From an uncultured archaeon (GTDB taxonomy: Archaea; Thermoproteota; Bathyarchaeia; Bathyarchaeales; Bathycorpusculaceae), in assembly GCA_963782915.1 (NCBI GenBank), contig CAWALK010000025.1:1-64000 (forward strand): a stretch of 64,000 nt of DNA, read 5' to 3'. The notes under the pieces were generated by a model, which was not told where the DNA came from, did no database searches, and saw nothing but the letters and a program-made list of their open reading frames with translations. This document shows positions 22,388 to 34,618 of this stretch, piece by piece (within the stretch, counting starts at the first letter, position 1; each line of letters begins with the position of its first letter). The position numbers and the translations under genes were made by a program.

Positions 22388-22549
22388 ATGTCAGAACGAT
22401 GTCAAGGTTGCGGAGACAAAACCCGCTCCACCATCATCTATCATGGGCGTTTTCTCTGTATACGCTGCCAACAGGAAGCGGAATTAGAGAAAATAAAAGA
22501 ATACCGACCCTTCGAAGATGAACTCAATTACCTCAAACTAATGGTCTAA
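22388..22549 (+). CDS. small Cys4 zinc-finger protein (53 aa)
   Basis: MSERCQGCGDKTRSTIIYHGRFLCIRCQQEAELEK...; not in the ORF track. Confidence 0.6.
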   Translation: MSERCQGCGDKTRSTIIYHGRFLCIRCQQEAELEKIKEYRPFEDELNYLKLMV

Positions 22550-22554
22550 AACAG

Positions 22555-22917
22555 TTATTGTGAGCAGGTTTTTTCCCGCAGTTTCCCAAATTCTACCGCG
22601 TTTTTAATCACGCTCTCTAAACTATCAAAATCACTATGCTGCACAGTACTCTCCTCAGCACCCACATAATTGCCCCGTTTTGCTAAAGTAACAAAGCGTT
22701 CAAACTCGTACTCCAGTATGCCCTTAGTCATAACTGGCTGCCCATTAAGCAATCTATAGTTGCATTCGAGGCAATACTCAAAATCATACTCTAATCTTCT
22801 ACCCTTAGAGTTGCCTTCGCCAAAGTAGTTTCTATCGATTCCCAACTTTGCAAAGTTGACATCGTCGAATTCAACGAATGATACATGGGTTTTTTTAGTT
22901 ACATGCTGATGGCTCAC
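22555..22917 (-). CDS. hypothetical protein
   Basis: 120-aa ORF with GGAG upstream. Confidence 0.55.
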   Translation of the reverse strand: MSHQHVTKKTHVSFVEFDDVNFAKLGIDRNYFGEGNSKGRRLEYDFEYCLECNYRLLNGQPVMTKGILEYEFERFVTLAKRGNYVGAEESTVQHSDFDSLESVIKNAVEFGKLREKTCSQ

Positions 22918-23223
22918 GTTTAACAGGCTCCTATGGGCAAGGGTGGGTTGGGTGGCTGTGAGGTACCTACTGATTGGGGAAGGAGGGGCGCAGGTATTAT
23001 CTCACAACCAATAACCCAGTTCTTAGTCACTCAAGTTAGCTTAAAAGCTTGTTAAGAAGCGGAGATGGCAGTTTGTCCAAGTCTGCTTTACAAGCTTGCA
23101 AAGTCGTAGCTTGCAAAACAAGCGAAGTAGACTTGCTAAAAACGTTATTGTATGATTCTTCCGATTTCTCAGCCATGAGCATATCTGGAGAGGGCATCTT
23201 TAAAGAATAAAGCCACCGCAATT

Positions 23224-23988
23224 TTGCTAATTGTGCTGACGGTTTCGTTGACGATTACTGTATTGTTTTCTGTGGACACAAGCACACTTTTTGCTGCTCC
23301 TGCCCCCGCACAAATTTATCAGCCAACCGTGCCCTCGGCGGACCAGAAAGTGGTTTGCATCGCCTTTGACGACGGCTGGAAAACCCATGTCGACACAGTG
23401 CCCATTCTTGAACGCTACAACTTCACTGCGTCCTACTCGATAGTAACTTCCTACATTGGGTACCCTGCTTACATGAACTGGGCTGACATCGCTTATGTCG
23501 CGCAGAAGGGCAACGACATCGTTAGCCACACAAACACCCACGCTAACCTCTCCTCCGTCGATGCAGCAACCTTGCATTCGGAGCTTTCTGATAGCCGAGA
23601 AATACTCCGCTCAAGAGGCTACGGCGCCAACATCCTGATTTATCCCTATGGCGAAGCCGCAAACAACGAAACCGTCCGCGACGCAGTAGCCCAAATTTAC
23701 CAATTAGCAACTGGCACTCAATCAGGAAAATGCGACGTTTACTCCATCGACAGATACAACGTAAACACCTACGTTGTCTACAATGGCGCAACCATGCAAG
23801 ATTTCGCTTCTTACCTTAACGGTACAGGCGGCAACAAGGTAACCGTGCTCTATTACCACAAAATCGGCGACGCCGCAAGCGACAACTCTATCACAAAAGA
23901 AACTTTCCAAGCTCAAATGCAGTACCTAAGCGATAACGGGTTCACCGTAAAGACGTTAAGTGGGCTTTTCCTAAAACAAACCCAATAA
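23224..23988 (+). CDS. secreted polysaccharide deacetylase (NodB family)
   Basis: IAFDDG, SHTNTH, YPYG, YYH. Confidence 0.88.
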   Translation: MLIVLTVSLTITVLFSVDTSTLFAAPAPAQIYQPTVPSADQKVVCIAFDDGWKTHVDTVPILERYNFTASYSIVTSYIGYPAYMNWADIAYVAQKGNDIVSHTNTHANLSSVDAATLHSELSDSREILRSRGYGANILIYPYGEAANNETVRDAVAQIYQLATGTQSGKCDVYSIDRYNVNTYVVYNGATMQDFASYLNGTGGNKVTVLYYHKIGDAASDNSITKETFQAQMQYLSDNGFTVKTLSGLFLKQTQ

Positions 23989-24040
23989 ACACCCAATCGT
24001 CGATTACGTAAAATAGCTGCAACTACACAGCCTCTAGCAT

Positions 24041-24611
24041 ATGCTTGAATACCTCGTTTTCGCCGCCGCCTTCGCAAGTATACTTGGAGCCGCACTCTAC
24101 ATCCGCTCAATGTTTAGAGGCAACGCCAAACCAAACCGCGTCACATGGCTTATGTGGTCAATTGCACCCTTCATCGCCACAGCAGCCGCAGCCTCCAGCG
24201 GCGTCACCTGGGCAGCCATCCCCGTATTCATGACGGGTTTTGCGCCGTTTTTGATTTTTGTCGCTTCATTTTTCACCAAAAAAGCCTACTGGAAACTAAC
24301 CACCTTCGACTACCTATGCGGTGCCCTATCCGCGGTAGCGCTGATCCTTTGGTTTGTAACTATGGAGCCCAATTTAGCGATTAGTCTGGCGATTGCAAGC
24401 GACGCCTTAGCCGCCATCCCCACACTTGGCGAAGGCTTGGCGTATCCCCGAATCCGAATCCGTTTGGCCATTCATAACAGGCTTATTCAATGCAGCCACA
24501 AGTTTTGCAGTGGCGACCATGTTTACTTTCCCAGAGATCGCTTTTCCCGCGTATCTAATAATAATCAATGTTTTGCTTGTCTTGGCAGTGTACCGTAAAA
24601 AGCTGCATTAA
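24041..24611 (+). CDS. membrane protein (frameshifted)
   Basis: KPNRVTWLMW and multiple TM helices. Confidence 0.65.
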
Positions 24612-24678
24612 CCGCCTGCAATTTGCGACCGATTGGTTTTTGTGTCTCCAGCAATCCAATCTATAGAAGGTCAAAAAA

Positions 24679-25039
24679 TTGAGCACTCAAGAAAAACCCG
24701 CAAAATCCGGCTACCCCGAAGTGCTACTGTCACAGTTGCCCGAAGCCAAAGTCGCCTTTGAAGGCAGCAAGAGCATGGATAATGCAGTCAGAGAGCAATC
24801 AACTGGTTTTCTTTGAATTCGAAGCCGGCATAAACCTGCCCGACCACAATCATACCTATCAGCAGTGGGGCGTGGTAATCGAGGGTGAAATGGAGCTGCG
24901 ACTCAACGGCAAACCCCAAATATGCAAGACAGGCCACGAATACCTCATTGAGGCAGGCGTTATGCATGGAGCCAAATTCCTGAAGCGAACCCGAGTGATG
25001 GATTTCTTTTCAGAAAAAGGCAGATACACACCCAAATAA
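24679..25039 (+). CDS. cupin domain protein (5' frameshift)
   Basis: PDHNH..QWGVVIEGEM...IEAGVMH. Confidence 0.8.
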
Positions 25040-25091
25040 CCCATTAAACCTTAAATCCCAACCCCCGAATACATTTAGTTAGGACTGCGTC

Positions 25092-25454
25092 ATGAAGCCG
25101 ACTGGTTTTAAAACAATAGACCAATACATCGCCACTTTCCCACCCAACATACAAGCCATACTACAACAAATAAGACAAGCCATCCACGAAACCGCACCCG
25201 ACGCAGAAGAAACCATCAGCTACCAAATGCCCGCCTTCAAACAAAACGGCGTCTTAGTATATTTCGCAGCCTTTAAAGACCACATAGGCTTTTTCCCAAC
25301 TGGCTCAGGCGTAGAAGCCTTCAAAGACAAACTATCTGGCTACAAGACAAGCAAGGGCACCATACAGTTCCCGCTCGATAAACCCATCCCGTTGGATTTG
25401 GTTAAAGAAATAGTGCGGTTTCGAGTTAGCGAGAACTTAAAAAAGGTGAAGTAG
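25092..25454 (+). CDS. DUF1801 (YdhG-like) protein
   Basis: TIDQYI...PDAEETISYQMPAF...KGTIQFP..KPIP. Confidence 0.85.
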   Translation: MKPTGFKTIDQYIATFPPNIQAILQQIRQAIHETAPDAEETISYQMPAFKQNGVLVYFAAFKDHIGFFPTGSGVEAFKDKLSGYKTSKGTIQFPLDKPIPLDLVKEIVRFRVSENLKKVK

Positions 25455-27567
25455 ACAGTGCTGCTTGAGCTGTCGCGAACTCCATTCTTGATTGCTTAAT
25501 CGGCAGGGATATTTTGATTTTTGTTCCTACTCCAACGTGGCTTTCAACCGATACTTTTCCGCCATGAGCCTCAACAACCCGTTTGCAGATGGCTAAACTC
25601 ATACCCATACCCTTGGCTTTCGTAGTTACCAGCGGCGTAAAGATTCTATCAAGCATATCTTCTGCGATGCCTACGCCTGTGTCTTCGAAGCAGAACTGCA
25701 TGTTTGAGCCGTCAATGCAACTTTTAAGGTGCAGCGCCCCTTTTTCTGGCATAGCCTGTATGGCATTCTGTATTATGCCCGCAAAAACGCTTTCTAGTCG
25801 GGTTGTATCAAGGAGCATTTTTGTCTCGTCCGAGGCATCATTTTGCAGGCTAATGTGGCTTGGTACTTCAATCTTTGAGAGGGCATCAGCTACAAGCGAT
25901 TTTGGCGTACACAACTCAGGGGTCAATAGTAGCTCGCTTGAGTATTCGATTAGGCTGGTGACGATTCGATTAGAATCCTCAATTGCTACCTCAATTATCC
26001 GAAGAATTTCTGCTCGATCTTCCTCGGTAATTTTGTTGCCTTTCTTCTTAACGAGATAAACGCCATTTTTTATGCCTGCCAATGGATTGCGAAGATCATG
26101 GCCAAGCTGCCCCGCCAACTCGCCGATGGACGCTAAACGTTGAGCTTTGATAAGTTTTTCCTCTATCATTTTACGCTGGGATAAATCGATAAAATTTTCA
26201 ATCAATAGCAGTCGATCTTTGAGTTGCAGTTTTACGACGCTTTTTAGTATCTGCTTTCGCTCGCCTTTTGCGGTTAGAAGGACTCTTTCGTCGTTAGCTA
26301 TTTCTGAGCCTAAATCAGTTATGGGGCAGGTTGCTTTTTCTCCTGGGCAAACAAAATTGTGGCATACTTTCCCAATGACTTCTTCTCGGGTTGCACCGAT
26401 CATTTTGAGCGCAGAAATGTTAGCGTCTACGATTTCATGGGTTTTGCCGTCTATAACGATAATTCCCGAGAGCATAGAGTTGAGAAGGGTTTCTAGATAG
26501 TTTTTGGTGTTGGCGAGTTCTTCTTCAGCGATTTTGCGTTCGGTGATGTCATGGATAACACAGGTTAAACCCAGTGGACGCCCTGATTTACTTGTAACCA
26601 CTGAACCAGAAAATAGAACATGCCTTTTCTCTCCCGTTTTAGTTTGCAGAACTAATTCGCGGTTCCTAACAAGCCTGTCCCGTGAAAGTTCCTCTAACAC
26701 TGCAGTGCATTCTTTGGGGTTATCCCTGCATAGTTTGGTGATTGGTTGCCCGATTAATTCTCCTTCACTAAATCCTGAGAAGTCAACTAAGCGTTGGTTT
26801 ACTTTAAGCATGCCTGAATTCATGTTTGCCAAAATCAATGCGTCTGGTATCGTGGATACAATGTTTTCGGCAGCTAGGGCAGCGTCAATAGTGAATAAGT
26901 CATATTTCACGATTGCAAAACCCACAAAGACCGCAAAGAATAATGTGGCGATTGGTCCCAAATTGGGGATGCCCATGCCTAAGCCACGTGCCACCATGTT
27001 GGTAACGATGAATGCCAAAATTGGAATGACTATGCCGATGGTAACGAATTTTCCTCGTTGCTTTTGGGTGGTATCTTTGGCTTTTAGGTAATACCTGAAA
27101 CATAAACCAAACGCTAGTAACGGTAGGAGTGCAGACCAGAAAGTTGAAACTGCATAAAGCCATGTTTCTGCGGCTAAATCGTTGTATCCCCAAACCTGCA
27201 ATACTGGTGCCGTGTTTATGTATTCGGTCATGGCGTCGATGAGGAAAAAGGTTATGGCTGGCAAATAGATGACGATGTAGTGTATCTTATTTTTTATCCA
27301 CTTGTTGTTTGTGAAAATTAAGGCGAAGGTGAATACTGTTGCTGAGAAAAAGGGCCATATTGTTCCAAGTTTATGCCATATAAACGCGTTTTCAGCGGTG
27401 GGTGCAATCCACATCATGACGGTTGTAAAGGTATATACGAATCCGATTAGGGCAGTTAAGAAGAAAATTCTGTTTAGGGCTGGTTTGTGGTTTAAGTATA
27501 ATACTAATAGGCCGAGTGCCAAGCAGAACATGACTGCGATTAGCGAGACGAAGGCGAATACGTTCAA
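25426..27567 (-). CDS. 7TM-PAS-PAS sensor histidine kinase
   Basis: N-terminal multi-TM sensor, two PAS segments, GHDLRNPL, NAIQAM, DTGVG, GMGMSL. Confidence 0.92.
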   Translation of the reverse strand: MNVFAFVSLIAVMFCLALGLLVLYLNHKPALNRIFFLTALIGFVYTFTTVMMWIAPTAENAFIWHKLGTIWPFFSATVFTFALIFTNNKWIKNKIHYIVIYLPAITFFLIDAMTEYINTAPVLQVWGYNDLAAETWLYAVSTFWSALLPLLAFGLCFRYYLKAKDTTQKQRGKFVTIGIVIPILAFIVTNMVARGLGMGIPNLGPIATLFFAVFVGFAIVKYDLFTIDAALAAENIVSTIPDALILANMNSGMLKVNQRLVDFSGFSEGELIGQPITKLCRDNPKECTAVLEELSRDRLVRNRELVLQTKTGEKRHVLFSGSVVTSKSGRPLGLTCVIHDITERKIAEEELANTKNYLETLLNSMLSGIIVIDGKTHEIVDANISALKMIGATREEVIGKVCHNFVCPGEKATCPITDLGSEIANDERVLLTAKGERKQILKSVVKLQLKDRLLLIENFIDLSQRKMIEEKLIKAQRLASIGELAGQLGHDLRNPLAGIKNGVYLVKKKGNKITEEDRAEILRIIEVAIEDSNRIVTSLIEYSSELLLTPELCTPKSLVADALSKIEVPSHISLQNDASDETKMLLDTTRLESVFAGIIQNAIQAMPEKGALHLKSCIDGSNMQFCFEDTGVGIAEDMLDRIFTPLVTTKAKGMGMSLAICKRVVEAHGGKVSVESHVGVGTKIKISLPIKQSRMEFATAQAALSTSPFLSSR

Positions 27568-27731
27568 TGCGTGTCCGCTCTTTTGGGTCTAAGCTCTTCG
27601 CTGATTGGTGTAGCATGTTGGCTTGGGGTGTATCTCCATAGTCGAGAGAACAGTTAAAAATGGATATAAGCGCTGTGCAGTATCAATCAATATTCAATTA
27701 CTGAATAATGCCCGTTAAATAAGATGCTCTT

Positions 27732-28076
27732 TTAGAAGACGCCAATCAGCTTTGTAATAACAACACCAACCGAAATAATAGCAACCAAAAAAATCAGTTT
27801 ACCCTTAGAAAGCGCGAATCCCTTCGAAGCATTTTCATCCTCAGCAAACTCGTACTCACGAATCTCCTTAGTCGTCGAGTTAATCTGTACCTTAGCAGTT
27901 TTCTTGGTTTGAGATAGCATTTCGACAACGTAGAGTTCGCCGTCTAAGCTGACTTTCATGGGCAGCCAGATTCCCTTGTAGCCCAGACGCTTCAGAAAGT
28001 CCGCTGTCAAAGCGGTCGCATTCTCCGCGTCGAAGCGAGAAATTTCGGGTGAAACCTCTACACTGGCTGATTCCAT
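27732..28076 (-). CDS. hypothetical protein with C-terminal TM
   Basis: Clean ORF. Confidence 0.6.
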   Translation of the reverse strand: MESASVEVSPEISRFDAENATALTADFLKRLGYKGIWLPMKVSLDGELYVVEMLSQTKKTAKVQINSTTKEIREYEFAEDENASKGFALSKGKLIFLVAIISVGVVITKLIGVF

Positions 28077-28185
28077 TAATCTTCACTCAAAATTGATAGC
28101 ACAAATGCTTATTAGGAGTTATGAAGCCCGAAACTGAATTACAAATCAGTAATACAGAAAAACTGAGAAAATGAGCTAAAAATGG

Positions 28186-28446
28186 TTATTTGAAAAATGA
28201 TTGGTTATGGCGTCGGCGTTGCCGTCGCTGTTGGCATGCCCGAAAGAACGGGTTGGTACCATTAAACAGTGATGTGTTATTGAGGATTCTTGCTTGCATG
28301 CTATTTATCAGCTGCATCGGTGGGCTGTCTCCGCTAAAAGATTGTGTTATTGTGTCTACTGCATAAACGATTACTATGCATGATAAGACTACTGTCGAGG
28401 TTACTAACAATAATGCTGCTACTGTTGATTCCAAAGCTTCTTGCAC
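28186..28446 (-). CDS. small pilin-like or membrane-anchored protein
   Basis: ALESTVAALLLVTSTVVLSCIVIVYA hydrophobic N-terminus. Confidence 0.45.
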   Translation of the reverse strand: MQEALESTVAALLLVTSTVVLSCIVIVYAVDTITQSFSGDSPPMQLINSMQARILNNTSLFNGTNPFFRACQQRRQRRRHNQSFFK

Positions 28447-28553
28447 CTTCTCCCTGCAGCCTACTAGGTGAAAACTATTTAATTGGTTAGTTCCTTCGCC
28501 GTCGATTATGTCGAATTTGGGAATATGTTCCCCTTAAAAATTTAGGGTTTTGG

Positions 28554-29104
28554 TTACTTCTTTTCGGCTGCAGGTTGTGCCGCGGCAGGAGCAGGCGACG
28601 CAGCAGCTTGCGCTGGAGCACCAGATGCAACTGGGGCAACCTCAGTCTGCCTGACCCGCATTATTCGATAGTATCTGTATCTTCTCTGCCATAGGATGCA
28701 ATAGGTCAGGCGGCGGATAGGGCGTGTTCAGGTTAGAGGAGAGCATGTAGATTGAGTTGAAGACATGCTGGTAGATGGTGAAGAGGATTTGGGGAATCTT
28801 TGTTTTAGGGTTCACTTCCAGCTTCTTCTTGATATCCTCAACTTTGCCAATGAGTGTCACTGTGCCTGAAGTTGCATACTTAACAACATTAGGTTTAGTT
28901 GAAATGAATAGTTGGAAGCCGAGTGTTACTTGATTGTTATCCTTTTTCTGTTCCTCAATCTTTGCGTTAACGTCAAAGAAGAGTTCGTCAGCTCCCGAGT
29001 AGACTCCGCTTCGTTCAGCCTGTAAACTATTAAGAACGATTGAAACGGTGACTCCTGAGACAGAATACTGCGGGTTGACGACGGCTGATTCCTCTTTAGT
29101 TCAT
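28554..29104 (-). CDS. hypothetical protein with Ala/Pro-rich tail (frameshifted)
   Basis: Frame open from ~29080 (VTVSIVLNSLQAER...PYPPPDLL); tail APAQAAASPAPAAAQPAAEKK. Confidence 0.65.
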
Positions 29105-29177
29105 TTCGCTTTTTTCATATTTAACTTTTGTATACCCTACCACCGATTAATCACCCTGTGAAGGGTGGGTTAGGGGT

Positions 29178-29750
29178 TTAGGTGGCGGCTGGGATGCTAA
29201 AGTACTGCGGCACCGATAGCTCAGTCATAAACTTGAATGAGTCATCCCCTTTAACGTTAGCTTTCTGTTTGAGCACTATTTTCTTAGGAACATCCTCTTC
29301 GAGATACACTATGTAGTTGACTGTTTGCCCCAGTCCCAATCTGGTGAGTTGCTGTACTGTGGCTTTGAATTTTTCGTATTCCTGTAGTTTAGCTGTGATT
29401 TTTTCGATGGCTTCAAAGAGAATCTCTGTTTGTCCTTGCTCAGTGAATGAGATGGATATGTCGCCTGTTTGAATCCACGGTGAATCTTCCGATTGGCCTT
29501 TACCGCCTTTGCCGCTTTTCTTTGATTTATCGGGTTCAGGCGCTCTTTTTGAACTGGATTTTAGGACTTTTTGTGCTGCTGCTGATTTCTGATACCATTC
29601 TTCGCCTTTATGTTTGGATTCTGCGTCTCTTAGAACTGTACCTAACCATTGGCTGTAATCTTCGAATAATGCTTTGTATTGGCTTGTTTGGCCTAGTAGA
29701 AACTCGGTGATTTCTTTTAGTGAGGTAAATGTGCGAATTTCTGTTCCCAA
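29178..29750 (-). CDS. hypothetical protein
   Basis: 190-aa ORF. Confidence 0.65.
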   Translation of the reverse strand: MGTEIRTFTSLKEITEFLLGQTSQYKALFEDYSQWLGTVLRDAESKHKGEEWYQKSAAAQKVLKSSSKRAPEPDKSKKSGKGGKGQSEDSPWIQTGDISISFTEQGQTEILFEAIEKITAKLQEYEKFKATVQQLTRLGLGQTVNYIVYLEEDVPKKIVLKQKANVKGDDSFKFMTELSVPQYFSIPAAT

Positions 29751-29860
29751 ATCTCAGATACTCCGGTAAGGTGTGGTAAAGTAACGATACTGAATGCTTG
29801 TTTTTGGGATAATAGGGTTTGTCTATCACAGAAGTGACATACTTTTTGTGCTGCGCTGGT

Positions 29861-30946
29861 TTAACGGTTTTTGGCTTGCTCATACGCCTTCGAGATTGCT
29901 TCACTGGTTATGGCGCCGATTAGTTTGGTTGGGTTTTCTTTGTCAACCACTGGTATAACGTCGATTTTTTCTCTTATGCTGATCTTGTTTGCTTCAAGAA
30001 TGGATTCGTCTTCGTACACTGCGATTTTTGCAAGGGGCATCTGCTCAATACGCAAATTATCCCGTTGGTCTGGGGTGACTTTCATAAGTTCACTCCAAGT
30101 GACAATACCCAAAAATACGCCGTCTTTTTCGACTAATACGTCGTGGTAACGGTTTTTGAACATGACTTCAAGGGCTTCTGTGATGGTTTGCTGGGGGTTT
30201 ACGCGGCCGACTTCTGATTGCATTACATCCCTAACTCGAACGCCCGCTAATTTTGTTGAGATTATTGTTTGTTCGCCTTCTTCGCTTGCGCCAAGATAGA
30301 CAAAGAGCCCCACTAAGATGAGTAGGAAGTTGAAGAAGAAGCCAATAGCCACCATGGCAATGCCCAGGATTCTGCCGATGTTGACTGCGTATCTGGTGGC
30401 GTCTGAGAATTTCATCCGTTCCGCCAGTAATGCGCGGAAGACTCTGCCGCCGTCCATGGGGAACGCTGGAATCAAGTTGAAGAGGCCCAGTAGTATGTTT
30501 AGGACTGCGAGGTCGAAGAGGAAGTTTCCTGTTGTGGAGAGTGTGAAGACAAATGGCAGTAGATACGGTGTCAGAGCGAGGCTTATGGCCAATAGTGCGA
30601 GCCCGAAAATTAGGCTTGTTACTGGGCCTGCTATTGCCATGCGCCATTCCTGTGCGGGGTTGTCGGGGATTTCCTCGATTTCTGAGACGCCCCCGATTGG
30701 GTAGAGCACAATTTTTCTTACCCGTATGCCGTAGCGTCGTGCGACAACGGAATGGGCGAGTTCATGGAAAACGACGAACACGAATAGGAAGAGCACGATG
30801 AAGAATGTGTAGAATGCCCCGTAGAACGTGTAGTATTGCAGGTTAAACAGTGATAGGGCTAAAACTGCTAGAATAAGCAGCAGAAAGGTGAAGTGTAACT
30901 CAATGGGGATCCCCCATGCTTTGCCTATCTTGAGAGAATACTTCAT
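29861..30946 (-). CDS. site-2 (M50) metalloprotease with CBS domains
   Basis: HELAH, FNLIPAFPMDGGR, CBS pair. Confidence 0.95.
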   Translation of the reverse strand: MKYSLKIGKAWGIPIELHFTFLLLILAVLALSLFNLQYYTFYGAFYTFFIVLFLFVFVVFHELAHSVVARRYGIRVRKIVLYPIGGVSEIEEIPDNPAQEWRMAIAGPVTSLIFGLALLAISLALTPYLLPFVFTLSTTGNFLFDLAVLNILLGLFNLIPAFPMDGGRVFRALLAERMKFSDATRYAVNIGRILGIAMVAIGFFFNFLLILVGLFVYLGASEEGEQTIISTKLAGVRVRDVMQSEVGRVNPQQTITEALEVMFKNRYHDVLVEKDGVFLGIVTWSELMKVTPDQRDNLRIEQMPLAKIAVYEDESILEANKISIREKIDVIPVVDKENPTKLIGAITSEAISKAYEQAKNR

Positions 30947-31080
30947 AGGAATAATTGGCGTTGGAGGGCATAATAAATTTTCGATGGACTGCTTTTTGTA
31001 TCTGCTCCGCTGCTATGCCCTGATTTGCGAAAACTACATATGCTTAAACTCTAAACTAACCCAAAAACAGGTGCTAAATA

Positions 31081-31575
31081 ATGAATAGAAAGTTGCTCTT
31101 GGGTTTAATCCCAATTATAGTAATCATCGGCTGTACAGCCATCATATTATCCCAATCATCCATCGCCCCAGCAGCTGGGACGCCTCGGGAGCTTGATTTC
31201 ACCGTCAGCGGCAAGAACCCTTGCTTAAGATTCCTAAACGACAGCGTATCCGTTGTCTACGTACCCATCGCCACGGGTGCGAATGAGAACTGGGAGTTAA
31301 CAATCAACGCGACGAATATGGCTGGGGGCGCAGGCGGCTGGGTAGACCTCTACGTTTACAATGGCTACTGGGATGGCGGCACCAACAACACCTGTGTTGC
31401 TAAAGATACGTATCCGATTCTGGCCAATATAGAGGATGCAAACGCCCAGATCAAAGCCAATGCACCATACACGCAAACTTTCGGCGGAGCAACAGCAGAA
31501 ACTCATACATTGTTCTTTATCTTCCCGCCCGGCGGCCAATCAACCTTCCATGTGACGCTAAAACAAATCCATTAA
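31081..31575 (+). CDS. secreted hypothetical protein
   Basis: Signal peptide, beta-rich. Confidence 0.65.
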   Translation: MNRKLLLGLIPIIVIIGCTAIILSQSSIAPAAGTPRELDFTVSGKNPCLRFLNDSVSVVYVPIATGANENWELTINATNMAGGAGGWVDLYVYNGYWDGGTNNTCVAKDTYPILANIEDANAQIKANAPYTQTFGGATAETHTLFFIFPPGGQSTFHVTLKQIH

Positions 31576-31700
31576 CCCTCAACAAATTGGTTGCAGCCTT
31601 TTTTCATTTAACATGCAACCAACATTTTTCTTTTTCATAAACTTTTTTTAACTTATTTCTAATCAATTTTTAAAATACGTAAACTACATAAATGATCGTT

Positions 31701-31863
31701 GAGTAGCCAATATTGGCTTTCACTCAGCGTCGCTTGCTATGCACGCGTAAAACCCCTTACCTGTATCCTATCCGTCTCTACACGAGCTCGGGAGGCCCAA
31801 CTTTGATATTAAGTGGGTTGCGTGGACGAGCGCCAGTGAAAGCCTCTTCTTACTTACTCTACA
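31701..31863 (+). ncRNA. candidate structured non-coding RNA
   Basis: Nested stems GAGUAG/UUACUC, GGCUUUCACU/AGUGAAAGCC, CGCUUG/CGAGCG, CACGC/GCGUG, AACCC/GGGUU, CUUA/UAAG. Confidence 0.5.
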
Positions 31864-31984
31864 GTTTTGCTGTCACATTATTGTAGGGTCGTAGTTAGAG
31901 GTAATCTAAAATTCTAGAATTTGATATATGATAAGTAAACACGTCGGAGTCGACTGCATTATTTTTTCTGGCGTGCAAGGGGAA

Positions 31985-33312
<1,328 letters not shown>

Positions 33313-33541
33313 CAAATCTCCACCGCAATACAAAACCAAATGCACTTCGTCGTTTTCTTTGGAAGCTCATAGATATGGGTCCTTTAGGTTATAGATAGGC
33401 CATTTGATTTTTATGTTTAGGGTTTTGTAGTGGAATTGTTTGTTGTTTTGGTTTTATTATGTATGCTGTGCAATGGCTGGGTCCGTGCGATGACTTTTTG
33501 GAGTACGCGCCCTATTGCGGGGGTTTAAAAGATTGGGAACC

Positions 33542-34197
33542 CTAGAAAAAGGCTTACTAGCCACAATCAAAGCGCCAATCAGTATTAAAAAAGGCTTTGC
33601 GATATTTGACGCTCCACATTGTAATCTTATCGTTGATTCTCTGTAGTAGTGAAGCGCATTTTCCACGTGTTACCAAAAGACCCCAACGAGGATTAGAAGC
33701 GGTAAAATATAGATGAAATCGTAGATCAACAAAAGGCGGTTAATCCCATAAAGGGCAACTGTACGCCGATGAGTAGGGCGATTGCTGCGAAGTATGGAAA
33801 AGCCGTGGGTATATCCATGAAGGTGGAGAAGAACCCGAAAAAGAAGGTTTTTGCTGGGCTTAGATTTCTAACTGCACCATTACTTGCCAACGTTGATTGG
33901 TATTTGGAGTTCATTCGGTAAGCTAAAGAAAATAAGAACTGAACCCACTACTATAGAATAGCATACTCAACGGTTCCTAAAGTATAGGTTAATAATCGAG
34001 TTTTAATAATTCACCTAGACCAAAAACGATGAGAAAACCAACAGAAAGTAAGAAACATAAACGCCTAATGCGTGAGCGATAGCCCGCCGTTGTGGTTTCT
34101 GGGTGCCTATGAGCAGAAAAGCTTGTGTAGAGATGGTTGCTGGGTTTAGGCAGTCAACTAAAGCTAGTGAGATTAGTGTAATCAGCAGGTCTATCAT
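33542..34197 (-). CDS. GAP/SfLAP-like membrane protein (multiply frameshifted, possibly a pseudogene)
   Basis: LALVDCLNP, DIPTAFPYFAAI. Confidence 0.6.
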
Positions 34198-34341
34198 GCG
34201 GGGTCTATTCAGGGTTTTTGTTAATTCGAGAATATAAGGCTACACCACATTTATTTTTGAATAATTTGTGGTTTATTTTGTTGCATTTGATGGTGCTATG
34301 AAGTGTTTACTGAATTGTTGGTTAAACCTGTGTTTCTTAGT

Positions 34342-34437
34342 CTATAAATAAGGGAGGGGTAGGTACCTCTGAGGTAGTAGGTCTAGTCTTTTTGTGCTTT
34401 TTATAGGGGATAGGGGTCGTTGGCAAAGCAGCAGAGC
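34342..34437 (-). repeat. dispersed intergenic repeat, copy 3 plus sub-motif
   Basis: RC gctctgctgctttgccaacgacccctatcccctataaaaa and RC gtacctacccctcccttatttatag. Confidence 0.6.
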
Positions 34438-34618
34438 AAACACCCAAAACCAACCGAGCCCAAACACAGCCGCCTGCCAAGTCAAGCGGAAGACGATGGT
34501 ACAGGAGGTCCGCACCATTATCTACTGATAGAGAAGTACCCCAACCAAAAGGCTGCGCAAATTACTTGGAAAATTTTTATATAACCGCCCAAAGACAGGC
34601 TACTTAGAGGAACCTGTT

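Noticed and set aside
22405-22433. cccgctccacca as another tRNA 3' half
   Set aside because: No TTC T-loop, and it lies inside the Cys4 zinc-finger ORF.
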